A stretch of DNA of 57,832 bases, filler included, from Streblomastix strix (lineage: Eukaryota), in assembly GCA_008636045.1 (NCBI GenBank). It is 3 parts of 3 records of this genome, joined end to end, with 100 filler letters (N's around TTAATTAATTAA, not from the genome) between each part and the next. Parts side by side here need not be neighbours in the genome. Positions count along the whole stretch, not along the records: positions 19,322 to 38,540 come from SNRW01000533.1; positions 38,641 to 57,832 come from SNRW01000534.1; 1 more part is not named here. One strand, given 5' to 3'. The position numbers and the translations under genes were made by a program. Within the stretch, counting starts at the first letter, position 1; each line of letters starts with the position of its first letter. This document shows, one piece after another, positions 28,611-46,861 of the stretch. Below the pieces are notes generated by a model that was given only the letters and a program-made list of their open reading frames with translations, did no database searches and was not told the DNA's origin.

Positions 28611-30109
28611 GTTAATTTTAGATTTAAATTTTTAAGAAAATATAAATCTAATTTAAATAAATTTTTGAATCATTTCAAAAAATTTTTAAAAAAAATTGAA
28701 TTTTTAATTAAAAACTTTAATGAAATATATTATACATTATAAATTTGTACATTTTTAATAAAAAATGTTATTATTTACAAATTAATTATAAAATATTTAT
28801 TAATTATTTAATAAGGCTAATTTATTTAAAAAAATAAAATTTTAAATAATAAATTATAATAACTTAAAATCTGATTTTTATTGCTTTTCTAAGAAAATTT
28901 TATAAAAATTTTTGTTTAAAAACTTTTATTGTAATTGAAGTCTAAAATCATAATAAATTTGTATTTTTTTTTAATCATTAAAATTTTAAATAATTTAATA
29001 AAAACAAATATTATTTTAAAAAATTAAAAAAATTTAGAAAGTTTTTATTTTAATATTTCTGAAATTAAATTGTGAAATATTTTCAAAAAATATTTAACTA
29101 AAATTTAATAAATATTAAATTCTCTTGAATAAATATGAATGTATTTTAAAAAATTTTTTTAATACTAATTATAACAACTGAAATTTTTTTTATTTATTTC
29201 AAACTTTTTTTTAATGGAAAAATTTAAAAAATTTTTAATTAGAGTTTTTAACTTCAATTTCTTTTATAATTTTTTAAAAAAGAAATATGGAGGGAATCTC
29301 ATCAGATCCAATCATTATCATTTTAATAATATATATTTGTAGTAATAAATTAAATATAATCCTTGAAATATGTGTGACTCACAACAAATCCATTTTCGGA
29401 TAAGAAAATCATATTTTTTTAATTATTTTTACAAAAAAAATTAAAAAATATTTTTTTATTGTCATTTTGAAATTATTTGTTATCATAAATTAAACTAATT
29501 AAAACATAGTTATATATTAAAAATTAGTTATTATGAATAAAATTTTGAAATACAAGACATAATGTAAAAATATAAAAAAAATAAATGTTTTTTTATTTAA
29601 ATGAATAATTAACATTTTATAAAGTTAATTCATTAAAAATCATATTAATCAATAAATAAATAAAATAAAATACTCAAAATAAAAATCTATTTGCAATATA
29701 TCCGATATTTTTTAAAATTATTTCTCACATTTTTTCAAATTGAATTCTTAAAGTTAATAATATAAATATATTAAAATAAATTATTACAATATAATACATG
29801 TTGCAAATTTAATATTATTTAATATTTAAAAAATAATATACAACTCTTGCAAAAAGTAAATGTACTTTCCATTTTTCCCTTTCGCTGCTTGGTTGCATAT
29901 CAAGGCTAGTGCATCTGTTAGATAATATATAAATAATATATAAACATAAATAAATTTAAATAAAATTTATTAAAATTTAAAAATTTTTATCAATATTCGG
30001 CGTGACATTGAGAAAATATTAAATTGTCAGCGTGTTGTAAAATGAAACGATGTTCGTTCATATTTATTAGTTAAATGTCATTATTTAAAATTAATTATTA
30101 TGATCATAT

Positions 30110-32720
30110 CAGTCATGGTAAGGTAAATCCTTGATGCTTATTCGCTCACATATGCATGCCAGTCGAAAAGTCGTGCAAATTTGCATATGAGATAACGGTT
30201 AAAATAAGAATATTAAGTCATTTTCATCACATCTCCAAACTGCTGTAAACAGTTTCTAAGAGAAATCCTTATTTTTAGTTGCTGTTGCTCCATAGATCTC
30301 TGCAATTCAAAGAGTATCGAAAGCTAACATTAATATAATGATGAAACTCATGTGATATTAATCGCTTTGCTGCTATATATGCATAAAACTTGCTTTGCGT
30401 GTATTTCAATAAGGTATCCAACCTGTATTAAATCTCCTTCTTTATCTTCCTTGCTGCATAATACAGTTTCTTCATAGTTTACTTTGGTGCAGAACTATAA
30501 ATTTCCTATTTATAAATCCTTAAATTCAAAACACCGTTCCAATGGCAATCTTATTAACATTGATTTTCGAATCACTAAACTTAGATCGACCCTGTTATGC
30601 TGGAAAATTCAAAATCACTACTTTGTAAACTTTAACTTTCATTAAATTTTCCCAACTCTTGCAAGATTTCGCCCAGAATTCTTCATACGCACCAAAGGTC
30701 TAATATCAACGCTAAAAAATACTTTGCTAACCATAGATCACCTTGACTATTGCTTCTGATGTAAGTTGTCTTTTGAATAAAGTAAATAAGAATAACTATT
30801 CACTTTTATTTCTTCGAGTTGCATTTCTAGTATATCTTTTGGTTGGACGTATCTTTTCGTTTTTCACATTTGTCTCCTGGCTTAAATACTTTCTATTCTT
30901 TCAAAGTTCACATATTTCATTACTTGCCCCTCAAGGATAGGTCACCATGGTTGAAAAGACCAATTCAGGACCATTATCAAGGCTGGTTCTTCCTCTTATT
31001 TCACTCTATTGAGAGTTGCTTATAACATGGAGATTGATGGAAAACAAAAATGTGTCTTTTACTGTCTACGAGTGAAACAAACAGTTCTTGTCAGTTACCA
31101 AGCTATTAAATTCAAGAGTCACAAACCGCTTGAACTTCATATTGCATCAATTTGCGATCATATTTATCGAAGGTTGGACTTGAAATGCAAATATTTCATC
31201 CATGAAGACATCATGATAAATTTGATAATCGCTTGAAGTTGTAATTCCAAACAATGAATCCGAGATAATGTTTAAATTGCATAAGATGTAAAATGTGTTT
31301 AGTGTCAGACTCAGGCCCTCCGTTATATCCATTATCCTATCTTTCTGTTTTTCCCGAATTATAACAGCCAAACCGTTGCAAATATTATATATTTTAGAGC
31401 TATAATCTGTTCATTATACAAAGATATGATCTGTCTTACTCTTAGGAAGCTCTAAGTACGCTAAAGACTGTAAGGAATACCTGCTGCATTCTTCTAGTTA
31501 ATAATATTCATGTGCCAGTTTGTACATTATATCCTGTGAAACCTGTTTTTCAAATCCAGATGCGACATCTGTAAAGTTGTTTCCAATTGGTTTTCAATGC
31601 ATCTGTTGCTAAGATTGCTTAAAGAGAGAATAGTGCAGTTAGAATTGGTTTATTCTTCTTTGTCATTTTCTTCCATCAGAACATCTCTTTTAAGACTTCC
31701 TTATTTAGATATACAGTTGAGTTCCAACTATTCGCAAGCGCAGCCATTTCATTGACTTTTTTCAATTTTTTCAAATTAGGGCATGCTCTATTGATCAATA
31801 ACATAATGAAATAATAAAATCTAATAAAATTTGCTAAAAATTTTATATTTATAAACCGTTCGTTCTATGCAATCCTTCTGCTTTAATCTATTATTAATTT
31901 TTTTTTTCAATCTTGGTTCAGTCTTTGATAACTGATCCAATTCGAAGTAAATTTTCTATTTCAGAAACTTCTTCATCCTTGTCTGTGCTAAGACTAATTC
32001 ATCAACAGATGAATATTGTCCGAAGTTTGACAATATTCTAACCATTAGTTTTTTCTTTCCCTTCAATTATTCCAGATTTTGGCTTAAAGTAGATATCGTC
32101 GCAATAAAATATGACACGAACCTTAATGATTTTTCTAATGAATTTGATCATAGAATGTAGTTTTTTATTAAAGATTATTGGTGCGTGTATCATCTCAAAA
32201 GACATGGTTTTGTCTTGGAAGAGTTTCAGATTAAAGGAGAAGTTTTGAAATGGTATAAATTCTGTGTAAACTTGGATAATGTGAGATGCTGACTCCAGAT
32301 CTATTTTGATCATCCAATCTTTGTGCAGAAGGATGGATCTGAGATTCTTGACATCCTCCAAATTAAAACGTAACGCCTAAAGTGAAGTTTATTTAACAGT
32401 ATACAGTTCATAATCTTCCTCCACTTCTCTGGATCGCTCATAGGAAATGCAAAGTATAGTGTAATTCGTTTCAACTAAATAAATATCTCGTCTAGGATTA
32501 TTTTTTCTTGAAATTCTTTCTCTTTTATTTTGCACATTATTGATTCCCTTTCCTTATACGGTATCTTTTTTGCATTTATCATGTATCTCTTCAAGATGAA
32601 TGGAGTTTAAATATCTACCAGTAACGCTTTCATTCCTCAAATTAATAATGTGTCTAATCCTGTCAACTTTAACTCACCTTTCTTTTAAGATAATCGACCA
32701 CCTTTTCGAATGTTTTCTTG
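30110..32720 (-). mobile_element. Degenerate DIRS-like tyrosine-recombinase retrotransposon (RT, then RNase H/'DLFA'-type region, then YR)
   Basis: RT motifs DWMIKIDLESAS...MSFEMIHAPIIF...VIFYCDDI (32038-32361). Downstream NIISDSLF...QVQPSINMIAN..KFKRFVTL (~31100-31280), then a YR-like segment (RLDTLLKY...MLAFDTL*IAEI, ~30150-30450). Frameshifts and stops throughout; a gag-like region may extend to ~34700. Confidence 0.75.
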
Positions 32721-35299
32721 GTTTGGGTAATCATCAAATATGTATTTTATCTTGACATTCAAAGTCAGTTTTATACAAATAACGTGGTTCGTACTAGCGC
32801 ATGTTACGCTATTATAAATTGGAGAACCGATTGGATGCGTTCATACCCCACATAAGTTTTTCTTAGTAGTAATTTTCTAATCAGCTACTTAAACTACTTC
32901 TTTAGAGTATAATGATTCTTGATTGAATTGTTTCAAATTTAGTTAATTTCAAGATGTTTAATTCTGTAAAATTTTAATTCATTTATATATTTCTTTTTTC
33001 AGGGTCACAGAGCATTTTTCTCTATTAAATTAACTTGAATGTAATTTAATCTGCAGAAATATAGGATTCTTGATCCTTACTCGTTGCTTTTTTATCTTCT
33101 TTAGTAAGAAAAGTTGATCACTAATCACAAATTTTGCTCCAGCGTCATCATTTATTGTTTGATATGTTGATCTTTGATCCCCACAACGTGCTCTTTCGAA
33201 AACTTTTTTAAAGATCAAAGGAGGTACATTCTAAACATGCTGCTTCTTCAGAATCTTCATCTGAGTCAGAAGAGGCATGTTTCAAACGCTGAGCTTCTTT
33301 TAATTATGCAGAATAATGAATACAGAACTTTCTTGTAGAGGTTTGATATTCGTTAATGCCTTGCTATGTATTCTCGAATTTGACTGAAGGATTACATTTG
33401 ATTGTAGAATTATATTTATTTTAGGTTGTTGATTATTTGCATGTGGTGAAAGTGGAATATGAGTGAGAATATTTGAAGTTCTAAAAGTTTAATATGAATC
33501 ATGTCGTTCAGACAAAATGTTTTCTTAATCTTTTTCAAAAATAATTATATCCTTGAAACTTTTTAGATTGAGATTCTCGATTAAATTCCAATTTTTTTTA
33601 GAATTAGTGATTTCTTTTGCTTTACCTCGTCCTGCTTCCAAACCAGTTAGAAGTCCTTCTATAAATGTTACCACTTCCCTTTCTTCCAATTATAATTATT
33701 GTAGCGTGTTTTCTTTCGAATTTCTCATGTTCTTTGAGAAAGAATATCTTCCATCTTGGAACCATGATATTTACTTTTTTGTTTAGACTTTCTTTCAATC
33801 TGTGCATCTGAGAGTGACACGATTTGAGCTACAAAAATCTGTAACATCTTGCCAACAAAATTGTTTGTAGTTTCCTAAGCCACATTATTAATATTTTCAG
33901 ACATTATTTGAAGATCAATTGAAGATGACTCAAGCGCTCACCTTGCTCAATCTACGTACTCCTCTGATAACACAGGCAAAAGTTCAAAATTTTGAAAAGT
34001 TTCATTTGTTTCTTCTCAGGATATAATTTTTAATAGTTTTATCTTGCAAATGGTCCCAATATAAAATTTATCATATCTACCTTTGAAGCTTCCATTTTCA
34101 GTACTCCCTCAAATGAAGAGGCAATATCTTGTGTTATCTAATAATTTTAATATAAAAGGAATGTCGCATTTTGCATTGTTTGCTACCAAAATTTGAGCTA
34201 ATATTGGATTTCTGCTCGTACTAAAAGGTCAAATGCTTTAATTTCGCAAGCTCTAAGCTGCTTTCATAATAGTCGTATATTCAGCATCATTTATAGGCTA
34301 CTTTCTACAATTTAATATAGCGTTCCATGATTATGACTGGATAAGGCTCTAAAGTTACATTGCATAGATTCCAAAGTGTCAAACAATATTTAATCTTAAC
34401 AGGGACCCAATTAATCATCGTCTTCGAAGCCAAATAAGTTATAATTTAATAATTCCTCAGTGTCTGGAACTAAGAATCAATTCTTTTCCATTATGGCTAA
34501 AACTTTCTCACGAAACCTGAAAGTGATTTTTCTACATTTTTTGTCGATATAGACCTTGCAACTTTTGGAATCTATGAAATTATCGCCTAATTATATGTAG
34601 CTATGCGTATATTCATTTAAAACGTCTCAGATGCTCTTTGGAATCCGAGATATTTAAACTTTTTATGTTTGATGTAAAACTCTATTTTACGACTGAGTAG
34701 TATCGGATGTCTGACCGGAAATTTCATGAGGAAATTGTTCTTGTTGCGAAAAAAATAATTCTGATTTCCCATCGTCGTTCATTTGAGTATATTGAATTTT
34801 TTTGGATGATTGGACCCATTGCATAATGTTGAAGTATCAAAAATAGAAAGCAGTCTGGTTTAAATAAATGCATATTAATCATGTATTTTAAGAAATTGAT
34901 ATTAATTATTTTTATTCGCTTAAAACACTGGGTGTTGAAATTGTAAATGATCAAGATAATCTTATAAATATATTTAGAAGAAGATTGTATAAACATTTAC
35001 TTGACCATTGTATAAACCGAAAGTTCATCCATTAGCAACATTTACATTCATTGAATGAAATATCTATTATTATAGTCATAATTCCAGAAATTTATTTTTC
35101 GAAAAAATGCTATTATGTAAATTTATACATAAATTAAAAATTATTTACAATGAATTGAACAAATCTTCATTTTTTGTCATTTAGATTTAAAATTCCAAAA
35201 ATTATTAATGTTATTTTTCTATTCAAAACCGTTTGTACAAGAAACACGGTGTAATTATCAGCTTTGACCTCGTTTCAAATGGAATCATACCTATTTATA

Positions 35300-35900
35300 T
35301 TTATTTCTGCTTATCACTTATCATTTTCTACTTTTTGGCATATGAAACATGCGTCAAAATTTTTTATCTAAGAAAAATTCGAAATTTTTTTTTATTTATT
35401 CAATTGTTAATGTGCAAAGTTACACTTTACCAATTTTAACATTACCTACACTTCTTTACTAATATGCTTGATTCGGAAACCAAAAGACACTCACATCACA
35501 TGGCTGCGGAAAGCACGTGCTGTTTCGTGGAAGCATTAGTAGCGATATGTAGAGTGACTTCAATAATTCTTGTACATTCTTATAGCAATTCTCTGCTGCG
35601 ATATCAATATGAAAAATTGCCTCTGTGCGCACAGGAAGGTCTTTCTTTTCCCGCAAGGAATCAAAGTAAAGAATGAAGATTTCTTTCAATTACTATATCA
35701 TTTGAAGAATTTCCATCATACTTGTTCTATCAATTACTTCTATAACATTTATGTTTAATTAATTTCCATGCTGAAGAAACTCTTAACAGTCGAAGTTTTA
35801 TTTCATTACGATGAATAACATTAAAAATATATCAGAAAAAGTTTTACTATCCATTTTTGAGATCCTATGCTCTCACCTATCTATTGCAAAATTCAAATCT
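35300..35900 (-). mobile_element. pogo/Tigger-type DDE_1 transposase relic
   Basis: AIFHIDIAAEN....SLLMLPRNSTCFPQPCDVSVF (35459-35689) resembles the DDE_1 LLLDxxxxH...LPPxxTxxLQPxDxxVF signature; surrounding frames are broken and the boundaries are approximate. Confidence 0.6.
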
Positions 35901-38540
35901 ACATCATTATAAACATATGAATCAATTTTGCAAAATGCGATATAGCCTTATAATTGAATTAAATGACTATTTCTTCTGTATATGCAATGAATTTTGTACA
36001 AATTCCATTATCCATTATTTTTAATATGTAGAAGTGTTTTTAAACATTATCAGTCTTTATTAACATTAGATGAACAAAACCCTAATATTCTTCTTTGAAT
36101 TATTTTTTAAAAAATAATTTTTGGTACAGTCGGTATATTTTCTTTTTCGTACTTAGATTTTATCCATTTGCCGATAATTTCTTATTAATTGTTGGATAAT
36201 TTGTTGATTTTTCTTCTTTTTTTTAAATTGATTTTTGTAGCACTTTCATTCACAAAAAAATAATTTACTGATGTTTGATTAGAATAAAAAAATTTATTTA
36301 TATATATTATTCATCTTATGATTAACAACAACTTGCAATATTCATACTACTTGCAACACGCATACCATGCTATAAAAAATATACCTCTTTTGAGTGAAAT
36401 TCATGTAACGCTAAACAAATTTATTAGAAAAATTAAATATCGTAAGTTATCAAAAAATATTACAGATAAAAAGCTATATTTCTTAAATTTCTTTGCATAA
36501 TTACACATCATAAACAATATTCGTTTTAATTAAAATCTTTTATTAAAGATTTTCACCACAATAATTTTAATATAATATCGTTTCAAATGTAGTTGCAAAT
36601 CTAAATGGTAAGATTTATAGAATAAACTTCGATGAATATTACTTTTTGATAATTGATAACATGAATAATTATGAAATCAAGATATATAAGTTTTGACTAA
36701 TTTTTTTAAGAATATAAGAAAAATTATTTGAATTTTAAATATTTACTTAAATTAATCCTTGAAAACTATTTAAATATTTCAATATGAGCTTCGTTTTATT
36801 AAAAATTTAAAATGGAATAAATAACTCTCTAAAATTATGTTTTGATTGTGTCTTTCATTAAAGACAAATTAATATTTCTGAATTAAAAATTTATATTTTT
36901 TTATCTTAATATATAAATGAATGCTTTTTAAATTTAATTAATAATTCTATATTTGTTAGCTTTCTGAAACTGAAATGAATCTTGAACCATTCATCATTTC
37001 AAATATTATTTATAGAAAAGTAATTAGTATTAGAAAAATTTTAGTAAATGACTATATAAATATCATCTATCCCATTAAAAGAATGAAAATCATTTTAAAA
37101 TTTAAAATTATGGCAATATTGAATATATCCTCAATTTATAGTTTAATTATAAGCGGCATAAGGAATATTAACTAGTTATTTATTAAAAATTATTGAATGA
37201 AAATGTATAAAATGTAATTAACATAAATTAATAAAAAAATATGAATATTATTAAAATTATAAATGAAATGAATATTTTTGACTTAAATTAAAAAATAAAC
37301 AATAAAAAATTTTTTAAATTTTTATTTTCTCATATTAATGATTAAATTATTATTAAAGTTTAAATTTCTCTTTCATCTTCTTTTACATGATGTAACTTGG
37401 TTTTTTTAATAATCACAGTTAAAATTAATAATCACATGCAACATTGTCATATTTATTGCACAAATAAATAATTTTTCAAAATGCTAGTTATTGGTCGTTA
37501 TGCGGAATAAAACTCGGTATTTTTTACTTAATTTGATACACGTGAGTGAAACTCTGACTCAAAATATATATTTTAAAAATCAAATTTGGACAATTTTTCA
37601 AAAAAAATTAGAAAAAAAGACTCATAGAGCTGAACTATCAGTTAAAAATGGATAAATCTGCCATATGTGTAGAAATATTCAGTCTATGGGATTATTTTAT
37701 AGAAAATCAATTTTTGATTTTACTATTTCAAAAATTTCTTTTAGTTCATCGAATATTTCTTTATATACTTCATGAATTCTGTTTATTAAAGAAATATAAT
37801 TAGATTTGCTTCTCTTTAAATTAGTTACACATTTTGATTCATAAAATTAGAATCTAATTTATATAAATTAATAAATGTAGTGTCTATATCTCTCATTAAG
37901 TCAAGCATTTCTGTTATCTAAAGCAAATTTCTTAAAAATGAATAATTTTTTCTTAATGAATAAATATTAGATACGAATATGATCCAGATCAGATTTTGAT
38001 CATTGACTTTCCTCAAAAAAACAATCTATTATTGTTTTAAATATATTAATCACATTCTACTTCATTATTTTAATTATGATTCGTAAAAATAGATAATTTA
38101 GGTTCATATAATTCAAAAGCTTTTTATCAATAGATGAAAAGATGATGCCATTGGAAATTTTTTATTCAATTTAAGTGGAAAATTTGATTTATACTTAATT
38201 TTTGATGAAAATCCTTTGAAAAAATTATTAATCCCAAAACTTTCTTTATTCAATAATTCGATCTTTCAATTGGTTTCAATACAATCTTTAATTATATCCA
38301 ATAATGAGTTTATTTCTAATTTCATCTCATCAAATTTTGCAGGGAATATCAGAAAAATAAAACTTTTTTAATTAAGGTCAAACGTATCATTATCCAATCT
38401 AAGTTGTTTTTTGACTTTATTGAAATTTTAAGTAATTTTACTAATCCTTGTTCTTTTCATCAAAAAAATCCTCCTGTTCCTCATCATTAATGATAAAATA
38501 TGAGATATTGTTTATATCGAAATAATTTCTAGCAAATTCC

Positions 38541-38640
38541 NNNNNNNNNNNNNNNNNNNNNNNNNNNNNNNNNNNNNNNNNNNNTTAATTAATTAANNNN
38601 NNNNNNNNNNNNNNNNNNNNNNNNNNNNNNNNNNNNNNNN
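38541..38640. other. Artificial contig-joining linker (N run with TTAATTAATTAA)
   Basis: Same 100-bp construct as the first linker; 12-mer at 38585-38596. Confidence 0.97.
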
Positions 38641-42608
<3,968 letters not shown>

Positions 42609-43137
42609 AATAACGAATTTTGACTATAAAATCTTCAATATAGAGTTGTCATATTTTGAGTGAGTGACTGTGAAGCCTCTGAAATAATAAATATTTAAAT
42701 AAAAAATATAATAAAAATATAATTCAAATTAGATTTACTTTATTTATGATTTTTAAAATAGTCCGTTTTATCCATAATAGTCTTGCTAAAATTGATTTTA
42801 TATGAACTGACATTGAATAATTATACACAATTTGTTAAATATCTAATAATTTTAATGAAATATGTAGTTCTAGTCGTTAATTTAACATATCAAAAATCAA
42901 AAATAAAAAATCCATTATTGCACAGTATATACTACACAAATTTTGTAGTTTATTTATTTATTTATAATATAAAGTTATAAATTATAGTTTAAAATTAAAT
43001 AATCTAATATTTTTATAAAGATTACCAACTTCATGGTTCAATATTAAACTTTTCTTTTGATAACCATTTCTTTCTTCTCAATTGTTTTTTTAATATAATT
43101 TTGCATTTTTGCTTTATTGAATAGAAAATTATCTTAT

Positions 43138-46100
43138 ATGACATCATCGCCACGGAATTTTTCTCGTCCGAATCGTGGAGCAAAGATCAATGCTCTACTT
43201 GATTAGGAAGATCTTGGAGTAGATGAGTTCTGGGGTTCAGAACAAGTCCGTGAAATATTTGCAGATGAAGAAAGTGGTGCTGATTTCGAATCTTAAGGTA
43301 AATTACATTTCCATTTCTCCCTTAAGATTATTATTTATACAATATTACTTTTTATATAAATAATCAGAAGAAGAAGATATTATTGATTCTGATTTTGATG
43401 CATCTGAGTAATAAGATGATGGAGATGAAGAAAATGTTTCAGATAATGAAAAAAAGCAAAAAGTGAGTAATATTTTCTAACTATTATTTTTAAATTTTTT
43501 CTCTTTTTTTGTAATGTTTTTTAATTAGACAAAACCGAAGTAAAAATATATTGATCCTTTAAAAGCAAATAAATAAAAATAGCATTCTAAGTAAAATGCC
43601 TTATAGATTAATAAATAAGGTACCATAAATTCTTCTTCATTAATTTAATAAGAAACAATGAACTAAGATTTAAGTGAGAACAATAAAGAGAATTAGAATA
43701 TATCAACATTACAAACATAGGCATCTTCACAGTCATAATAATCAAAGAAAGCAGCAAATATTCCATAAAGACGTCCTTCATCACAAAGAAAGTCAGTTAT
43801 TAGAGCAACTGAAGCAATATAAAGGAGTATTGGAAAGTAAGGTTTGTTAGAATATTATTTTAATTTGATTATATTATCCATTTTTATTATGTTTAAATAA
43901 TAAATAGAAATATAATAAGATCTTGTTTAAAAAATAGGAGATGATGGAAGAATATATTATGTTCCAAGAAGGAAAAGATATTAACCTTAATAGGAAAGGT
44001 GTTTACAATTAATTGAAAATTATATATATTTATAATTGAAAATAATTTGAATATTTGTAATAATTGTTTATTATATTATATTTACACTATAAATATAGAA
44101 TTAAAAGATAACGATTAGAACCTAAATAGATAACTCAAGTTTGAATAATAATTACTATTTTATTCTCAATGTATAAAATATTTTCAAACTCCCCCTATAA
44201 TTTTATTTAAATATTTAATAGGAATAAAAACTTGCTTAAGCGAAAATAACAGAAGAATATAATAAAGTAACATTAGAATAGTAATTGAAGTTAGAGGTAT
44301 TACTTATATAATAGAAAATCAATTATTTATAATAATAAAATATTAATTATTATATATAACTGCTTTTTATGAATAATATGAATAATATAAAGGACGATAT
44401 GAAGAAGAAGCATAGTTAGAAAAAGAAAAGGTATATTTATATATAATATTGAATGCATCTAAATTAAAGAATCCCTATTATCTTGTTTAAATTCATTCGT
44501 TATTCCTATTTTTGTTTTATTTTTTCAGTGTTGGTCCTTGTTTTGTACGCTATCTTTCTACATCAAAGCAAGAGAATAATAATAATGGTATTCAGAAGTT
44601 GAAATATATTATTTTCATTTGATGTAATACATTTTCATGTTTATAATATATTCATTATATATAATATAGGTGTAATCAATTCAATTTATTATTCACATCC
44701 ACCAATGTGGCTTGGGAGCTAAATTTTAATTGATTCTTGTGAATAAGAATAATAATAGTAAAATGAATTGGAAGAATAAAATGAAGTTCAAATGAAAGAT
44801 AAATAGAGTGAGAATGTTATAGAGAAGGATAAGGAGAAATAGGATGTAAATAATGATTAATAATTAAAAATAGACAATTAATAATAATTTGAATCTTCTT
44901 CATAATTATCAAATCAAGAAAATGAAATAAGAAATAAAAAGAGCATTTAATAGAAATTTGATTCCCCTTTTGTTGCTTCATAATATTCTCCTTTTTCTCC
45001 ATTTTCTTCTTTTAATAATAATTCTCCAGAATTACATTCAACTTAATCATAATCTACATCTTCATCTACATCTTAATAATAATCATCCTAATCACATCCA
45101 CTTATATGTTTGGTAACTGGTCTTCCAGCTTCTTATATAGATCCAATTTTATATCTTCCCTTCTCTTCATCCAAGGCTCAATAATTTATTCGCTCACTTC
45201 CATATCATAATTTGGCTCAGTTGATGATTGAAAATGGATCTGCATATTTAGCTGGAGTTATGGACTTAAGAGATTGTATTTGTATTTAGGTTTATTATTA
45301 ATTTACTATAAAACAAAATAAGAAATATAATAAAATAATTTATTTTTATTTAATCTTTATAATCTGTTTATATATAGAAAATGGATATTGATTCAGAAAA
45401 TGAATAAAATGGATAAAATACTGTTGAAATGAAATTTATTGAAAATGCATTAAAAAATCTTGAATAATATCATATATAAAGTAATTTAAATGAAATAAAT
45501 AAAAAAGATTAGAAAATAAATCAATAAAAAGATGAAATTGAAGATGCGAGAAACGAAAAAATATAATTTGTCAATATGAAAGAAGTAGTGATGAAACAAA
45601 TGACTAAAATAAAAAGAAAAAGAGAAATTCAAACAAAGAAAGAAAGTTAAAGATCAAATGATAATGAAGAATCAAGATTAAAAAATTTGAAACGAAGACG
45701 ATTAAATAATGACGTAGAAGAAGATATAATAATGAATGAATAATCTCAAATTGATGAAAATATTGATACATTTGAAGAAAGAAAAGATAAAGATGGAATC
45801 AATTTAACTTTTCCTTCTTTATTAACAAGTCCAATTAGTGTTAAAAAGAAATAAACTAACAAAAGATCTCAATAATAAAGAAGCCCAATATCTCCTTCCA
45901 ATATTAGATCACCCAGAAACAGCAAATAAAGAGATTCTAATTCATAATATTTATCTCCAACAATAAATCAAAGCAATTAGTAAAGAATGAAAAACAATTC
46001 AAATTCAATTGATCAAGATTAAATATAGAAAAGTAATTTTTGGAATAATTTAAATCCAAATGATGTTATTGTAATATCAGATGATGGAAGTGATTCTGGG

Positions 46101-46142
46101 GAAAAACAGAAAAGAACAACAAATGGACGTAAAAAGCAATGA
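43138..46142 (+). CDS. VPS72: Vps72/YL1/Swc2 (SWR1/SRCAP H2A.Z chaperone subunit), multi-exon
   Basis: MTSSPRNFSRPNRGAKINALL...DEFW...FADEESGADF...DIIDSDFD; TQEQKLAQAKITEEYN; YL1-C motif ICLVTGLPASYIDPILYLPF. About 8 GT-AG introns; TGA 46140-46142. Confidence 0.9.
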
Positions 46143-46216
46143 ATTTATATAATAATAATATTTTTATTTAATTTAAACAATAAAAGGAATATAAATAAAC
46201 TTTTTTATAATCAAAA

Positions 46217-46841
46217 TCAATTAGAGTCTGATTATTTATATTCAGTTTAAGAAGTGTCCTATAAAGCGCTTTCATTTTCTTTCTTTAATGCTTATTCACT
46301 TTCAATAATTGATAGGAGTGATGTCAGTTATTAGTCATTTTATATAAAATTCCCAAGTGCATATTTTTCCTTCACACGGTTTTGATTGTGGCTCTACCAA
46401 GTATAGACCTGCTAACTGTGTATCAGTTCGGCTACAGGCATATACTTCAATTCTTCCTAAAACGACTTTTGAAGACATTTTTCAAGAAAAAATAAAGACT
46501 GTGGGAAGCTGGGTGTATAAGAAAAGAAAAATGAATTAAAAATCGAACATTATTATTTATCTCAAAAAAGTTATCATACATTAAAAATTTAGCATATTAT
46601 GGTTATTTCCAGTATTGTAAATAGGTTAGAAAATCGATAAACTCGGGTTTTTCAAAGTATTTCTGCTGAGCAAGCCCTTATTATTGTAGAATTTAAAGAA
46701 AAAAATATCAAAATTAAAAAAATATATATAATAATGCAATATCAAACAATTCAAATAATAAGGATTTGATAGACACTAAACAAAATCCAATTCTGCTTCA
46801 AATCGTATCTTTTCCAACTCTTGATTACGTTGAATTGACAT
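46217..46841 (-). CDS. MED31: Mediator subunit 31 (Soh1), 3 exons
   Basis: MSIQRNQELEKIRFEAELDFVQCLSNPYYLNWLAQQKYFEKPEFIDFLTYLQYWKQPQYAKFLIFPQSLFFLE...; the conserved Q of FVQCL is TAG (46776-46778); TGA 46217-46219. Confidence 0.95.
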
Positions 46842-46861
46842 AAACTATTTAAAATGATAAT

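Noticed and set aside
37540..37640. Possible short inverted repeat (gagtgaaactctgactc ... gactcatagagctgaact)
   Set aside because: The match is short and imperfect and cannot be distinguished from chance by eye.
37700..38540. Coding-like minus-strand stretch at the end of contig B
   Set aside because: Interrupted by TGAs, with no recognisable motif.
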